Shown here piece after piece: positions 60,123 to 64,000 of a stretch of DNA of 64,000 nucleotides (within the stretch, counting starts at the first letter, position 1; the number at the start of each line of letters is the position of its first letter). This DNA is from an uncultured Planctomycetaceae bacterium (GTDB taxonomy: Bacteria; Planctomycetota; Planctomycetia; Pirellulales; PALSA-1355). A program made the translations under genes and the position numbers. The DNA lies in contig CAVZWY010000022.1 of the NCBI GenBank assembly GCA_963779015.1, forward strand, positions 3,890-67,889. Reading direction: 5' to 3'. The notes under the pieces were generated by a model, which saw nothing but the letters and a program-made list of their open reading frames with translations, was not told where the DNA came from and made no database searches.

Positions 60123-61006
60123 CTAGCTGGGCCCTTTTTCAGTGGAGTAGGCCCGGTCGCGCTCTTCGTAGTTTTTGTATTCTATCAGATCATAGAGTTC
60201 CTGCCGCGTTTGCATCTGCTCCAGCAAGGCGGCCTGGCTACCGTCCGCCGCGATGACCGTCAGCGCCTTTTCGATGGCTTTCATCGCCACGCGCAACAGC
60301 GTCACCGGATAGATTGCCGCAGCGTAGCCCATCTGACTCAGCTCCGCGAGCGATAGCAATGGGCTCTTGCCGAACTCGGTCATGTTGGCAACGAGTGGCG
60401 CGCTGACGGCTTTGGCAAACTTGGCAAACTCGTCGGCCGTGGCCAGCGCTTCAGGAAATATCCAATCCGCGCCGGCATCGAGATAGCGCTTGCGCGCTGC
60501 ACGGCGTCGTCAAAATTGGTCACGCCCCGCGCATCGGTGCGGGCAAGAAGCACGAGGCTATCGTCCGCCCGCGCCGCAGCGGCGGCGCGGAGTTTTGCGC
60601 ACATCTCTTCGGCTTCGATCAAGGACTTGCCCGACAGATGCCCGCAGCGTTTGGAAAACGGCTGGTCCTCGAGTTGGATGGCCGCGGCGCCGGCCCGTTC
60701 GAGTTCTTCGATAGTTCGCTCGACCTGCATCGTGCCGCCGAAGCCCGTGTCGGCGTCCACCATCACGGGTATCTTCACGCTGCGCGCCAGCCGCGCGGTT
60801 TGTTGCGCCAGTTCGGTGAGCGTGAACAGCCCGATGTCGGGCACGGCCAGCGCGCCGGCCGAAAACGCGCCTCCGGATAAATATGCCGCCTGGAAACCGG
60901 CTCGTTCGATCAGCCGCCCCGCCAGCGCGTTGTGGGCCCCCGGCACTTGAATGGTCGATTTCGCCGCGGAGTCTCGCAGCAGCTTGCCGGGCGATGGTCG
61001 AGTCAT
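60123..61006 (-). CDS. prpB: methylisocitrate lyase (ICL/PEP-mutase superfamily), frameshifted near 60484-60494
   Basis: The protein has VPGAHNALAGRLIERAGFQAAYLSGGA, VDADTGFG, IQLEDQPFSKRCGHL and LLARTDA. ...DDAVQRA(K)RYLDAGADWIFPEAL...NMTEFGKSP continues only after a 1-nt shift at an AA/AAA run. Confidence 0.88.
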
Positions 61007-61135
61007 GGGCATACCAGGTGGGACGAAATGGGCGACCTGCAAACGCCGAATATACGCCGTCGGGGAAGCCATACGCAAGCCGCCACGCCGTGCGCCCTGG
61101 CCATTGTCCCGCCTGCGGATTACGCTGAGACCGGT

Positions 61136-62741
61136 ATGCATAGCTCGTTTGCTGCCAATCGGCGGGACCCCGGTCACGCTGCGTCTCGCCGGCGCGCGTT
61201 GCTGGAGATTGCGCTGATTTTTCTCGTGCTGTTCATCGAGGGAGCTTGGCCAGCGCCCGAAGCCAACGAGCCGCACTATCTGAGCAAAGCCCGACACTAC
61301 TGGGACGCCAGTTGGTGTGCCGGCGACTTTTTCTGCAACTCGGCCGATGCCCACCAGGTGTTCTATTGGACGTTCGGCTGGTTGACGCAATGGCTTTCCT
61401 TTGTGCGCTCGCCTGGTGCGGAAGGCTGACAACCTGGTGGTTGCTGGCTTGGGCCTGGCGACGTCTGAGCTGGGCGCTGCTGCCGGCCCACTACTACGCC
61501 GTGCTTTCGGCGGCGCTGTTGGTGACGTTGGTCGGCCGCTTCTCCATGGCCGGCGAGTGGCTTGTCGGCGGCGTCGAAGCCAAGGGCTTTGCCTACGTGC
61601 TGGTACTGCTCGGTCTCGAAGGATTGGTGCGCGCTCGCTGGGGATCCGCGCTGCTGTTGTTTGGCGCTGCCTCGGCATGCCACGTGGTGATCGGTGGTTG
61701 GTCGGTCGTGGCGGCGGGCATGGTCTGGCTGGCCAGTGCCGATCGGCCGCCCCTTGCGCGGCTCATTCTGCCGCTGGTTGGCGGATTGATACTGGCCCTG
61801 CCAGGTCTGGTGCCAGCGCTGATGCTCACGCGCGGCGTCGATCCGCAAATCGTGACCGCGGCGAACCGGATCTATGTCTATGAACGGCTGTATCACCATC
61901 TGGTGCCACAACAGTTCGGCGTCTGGTTCAGCGTCGGCAACTGGGATGTGCTAGTCGTGGCGCGGCATTTGATGCTGGTGGGCGTGCTGGTCGGTTGGGT
62001 CTGGTGGGCCCGGCCGCTGAGTGCGCGGTATCGCCGTTTGTGTCTGTTCGTCGCGGCCACAGTCGGTATCTCGGCCGCCGGCATGTTGATCGCCATGGTG
62101 GTGCCGGTTGCGCCGGATCTGGCTGCCGCGTTTTTGCGTTTCTACTGGTTTCGCATGTCCGATGTCATGGTCCCCGTTGGAGTGGCGCTGTTGACGATCG
62201 AGATCCTCGCGCGCTTCCAGCGATCGCGCCCGCGCTGCATGTTGCCGGTTTGGCACTGGCGATGCTGTTCGTAGCCGCCAATTTGGGCGCGACCATCGTA
62301 TGGCGACAGCGCCACCCCGGTCCGCCGGCCGATGCGTACACGAAGAATCTCGATGACTGGCGCCAGATGTGCGACTGGGCGCGCACCAACACTCCTCCTG
62401 ACGCGGTTTTCCTCACGCCACGGCTGGCCCAAACATTTCGCTGGTATGCCCAGCGGGCCGAGGTCGTCAATCGCAAGGACATTCCCCAGGATGCGCCCGG
62501 CATCGTCGAATGGTGGCGTCGCAATGTAGAGATTCATCGGGCAGACGAAGTCACGTCCGACGCGCGTTGGCGAGCATCGCTGGCCGAGCTTGGCGCCGAT
62601 CGCCTCAAGATCCTCGGACGGCAATACGGCGCCGACTATGTCATCACCAGAGCCGACCCGCCGCTGCCCTTGCCGCGAGTCGGTCCGCCCAGCGCCACCT
62701 ACGCGATCTATCGACTGACCGACGAACGATCCCAGCGCTAG
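61136..62741 (+). CDS. large polytopic membrane protein of unknown function, two frameshifts (near 61400 and 62215-62232)
   Basis: The N-terminus reads ...EANEPHYLSKARHYWDASWCAGDFF.SADAHQVFYWTFGWL and is followed by ~10 TM helices and a soluble C-terminal domain. The coding sense passes through three plus-strand frames. Confidence 0.55.
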
Positions 62742-62832
62742 TCGATGATTTGCAAACTGCGATAGCCCTTCAAACCGCGTTTGACCTTTCCGCCCGCTAG
62801 CGCGGATAATTGGGGCGTCTCTCCGTCGTACC

Positions 62833-63471
62833 GTGGGCCTGCCCGTGAACGATCCGTTGCCATCCCGCCTTGAGGCCCGCCTGCAAGAGCCATTGCCGCA
62901 GTGGGCGGCCCAATCGCGTTTTCAGCCCGAGCTTAGTTTTGGTCGGCATCGTGGCCCTGCCGAGCGCGGCGCCCGGCTCGCGGCGGTGCTGGTGGCGCTG
63001 TTCCCGCGCGACGGCGCCTGGCATTTGCCCCTTATCCTCCGCCCCGCGCACATGCTCGATCACGCCGGCCAGGTCAGCCTACCCGGCGGAGTGATCGAGC
63101 CGGGCGAGACAGGGCGCGAGGCGGCACTGCGGGAATACGTCGAAGAGCTGGGCGCCCCGGCCGAGCACGTACGGATTCTCGGACGTCTTTCCGACTTGTA
63201 TTTGTTCGCCAGCAACTTTTGCATCGAGCCGTGGGTCGGCGTGGTGTCGCGGCCGCCACACTGGATGCCCAGTCCAGATGAAGTCGACCGCGTGCTCGAA
63301 TTGCCGCTGTCGCACCTGCTCGATCCAGCCAATACCGGAACGTTCGAACGCCGCCAGGGCTCCATCGTTTTTCAAGCCCCCTGCATTCACCTCGATTCGC
63401 TCAGCATCTGGGGCGCCACCAGCATGGTGTTGGCCGAACTGGCCGCCGTGCTGACCGAATTACTCGAATAG
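62833..63471 (+). CDS. NUDIX hydrolase (CoA-pyrophosphatase-like)
   Basis: The Nudix box is LPGGVIEPGETGREAALREYVEELG. Confidence 0.85.
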   Translation: MGLPVNDPLPSRLEARLQEPLPQWAAQSRFQPELSFGRHRGPAERGARLAAVLVALFPRDGAWHLPLILRPAHMLDHAGQVSLPGGVIEPGETGREAALREYVEELGAPAEHVRILGRLSDLYLFASNFCIEPWVGVVSRPPHWMPSPDEVDRVLELPLSHLLDPANTGTFERRQGSIVFQAPCIHLDSLSIWGATSMVLAELAAVLTELLE

Positions 63472-63511
63472 CACGCCAAGGATCGCATATCCACCACGCG
63501 TGCGCACGCAA

Positions 63512-64000
63512 ATGATGCCTTCCGATCCTCGTCCGCGGGCCGTCGTGTTTGATCTCGATGGGCTGATGTTCAATACCGAAGAGCTCTATCAGGGCGTTGG
63601 CGCGGAGATTCTCCGACGTCGCGGCAAGCCGTTCGAGGCCGAATTGCTCGACGCAATGATGGGCTGTCCGGCCCGCGTGGCGCTGCAGCGGATGATCGAC
63701 TGGCACCAACTGGACGACACGGTGGCCCAATTGGCGAGCGAAACCGACGAGCTATTTGCCAGCGTGCTCGACGATCGGCTCGACGTAATGCCCGGCTTGC
63801 TGGACCTGCTGGCCGAACTCGAAGCGGGCGGGATGCCCAAGGCGATTGCCACCAGCAGCGGCCCGGCATTCGTGCAGATCGTGCTCGCCAAGTTCGATCT
63901 GGCGCCGCGATTCGAATTCGTGCTCACCTGCGACGATGTCGTATACGGCAAGCCCCACCCGGAAATCTATCAGCAAGCGGCGGCGCGCTTCCGGCTGCAG
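63512..64000 (+). CDS. HAD-superfamily hydrolase (beta-phosphoglucomutase-like), 3' end lies outside the window
   Basis: I translated this myself: MMPSDPRPRAVVFDLDGLMFNTEELY (motif I DxDG), ...AIATSS..., ...VVYGKPHPEIY. The frame is open to the window end, so it is absent from the ORF track. Confidence 0.8.
   Translation, partial: MMPSDPRPRAVVFDLDGLMFNTEELYQGVGAEILRRRGKPFEAELLDAMMGCPARVALQRMIDWHQLDDTVAQLASETDELFASVLDDRLDVMPGLLDLLAELEAGGMPKAIATSSGPAFVQIVLAKFDLAPRFEFVLTCDDVVYGKPHPEIYQQAAARFRLQ

Overview
This is a high-GC chromosomal window whose gene content looks planctomycete-like. I saw cues such as LEPLEPRNMMAG-type secretion leaders, RRWLRFSLRTLF N-termini, DUF1080 and PQQ-propeller proteins, but I cannot verify the taxonomy from here. 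The core content is housekeeping: purM, a DsbD-like protein, P-II, aroA, mutS, xylB, a prpB-prpC pair, csp, tRNA-Ala(CGC), an ABC exporter and a CHASE3 hybrid histidine kinase with a response regulator. On the minus strand there is also a long co-directional chaperone cluster, groEL2-groES-groEL1-dnaJ-grpE-fmdB-yacG.

Two accessory islands stand out. (1) 18.1-25.3 kb is a mobile-element pile-up. It holds a RAYT-like Y1 transposase, a 134-bp MITE family (3 full copies and 1 partial), a decayed IS66 carrying a nested IS4-family element, an ISKra4-like remnant split by a MITE, and an IS1634-family element. (2) 44.1-48.3 kb is a minus-strand array of small membrane-anchored or lipoprotein genes. 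They share a conserved N-terminal module, are punctuated by a G-rich repeat, and include one IS200/IS605 insertion.

The most striking window-wide signal is about 20 single-nucleotide frameshifts and one in-frame TGA in otherwise well-conserved genes, mutS among them. This is either indel-type sequencing or assembly error or a genuine mutator/decay state. I found no CRISPR array, no rRNA and no recognisable defence system.
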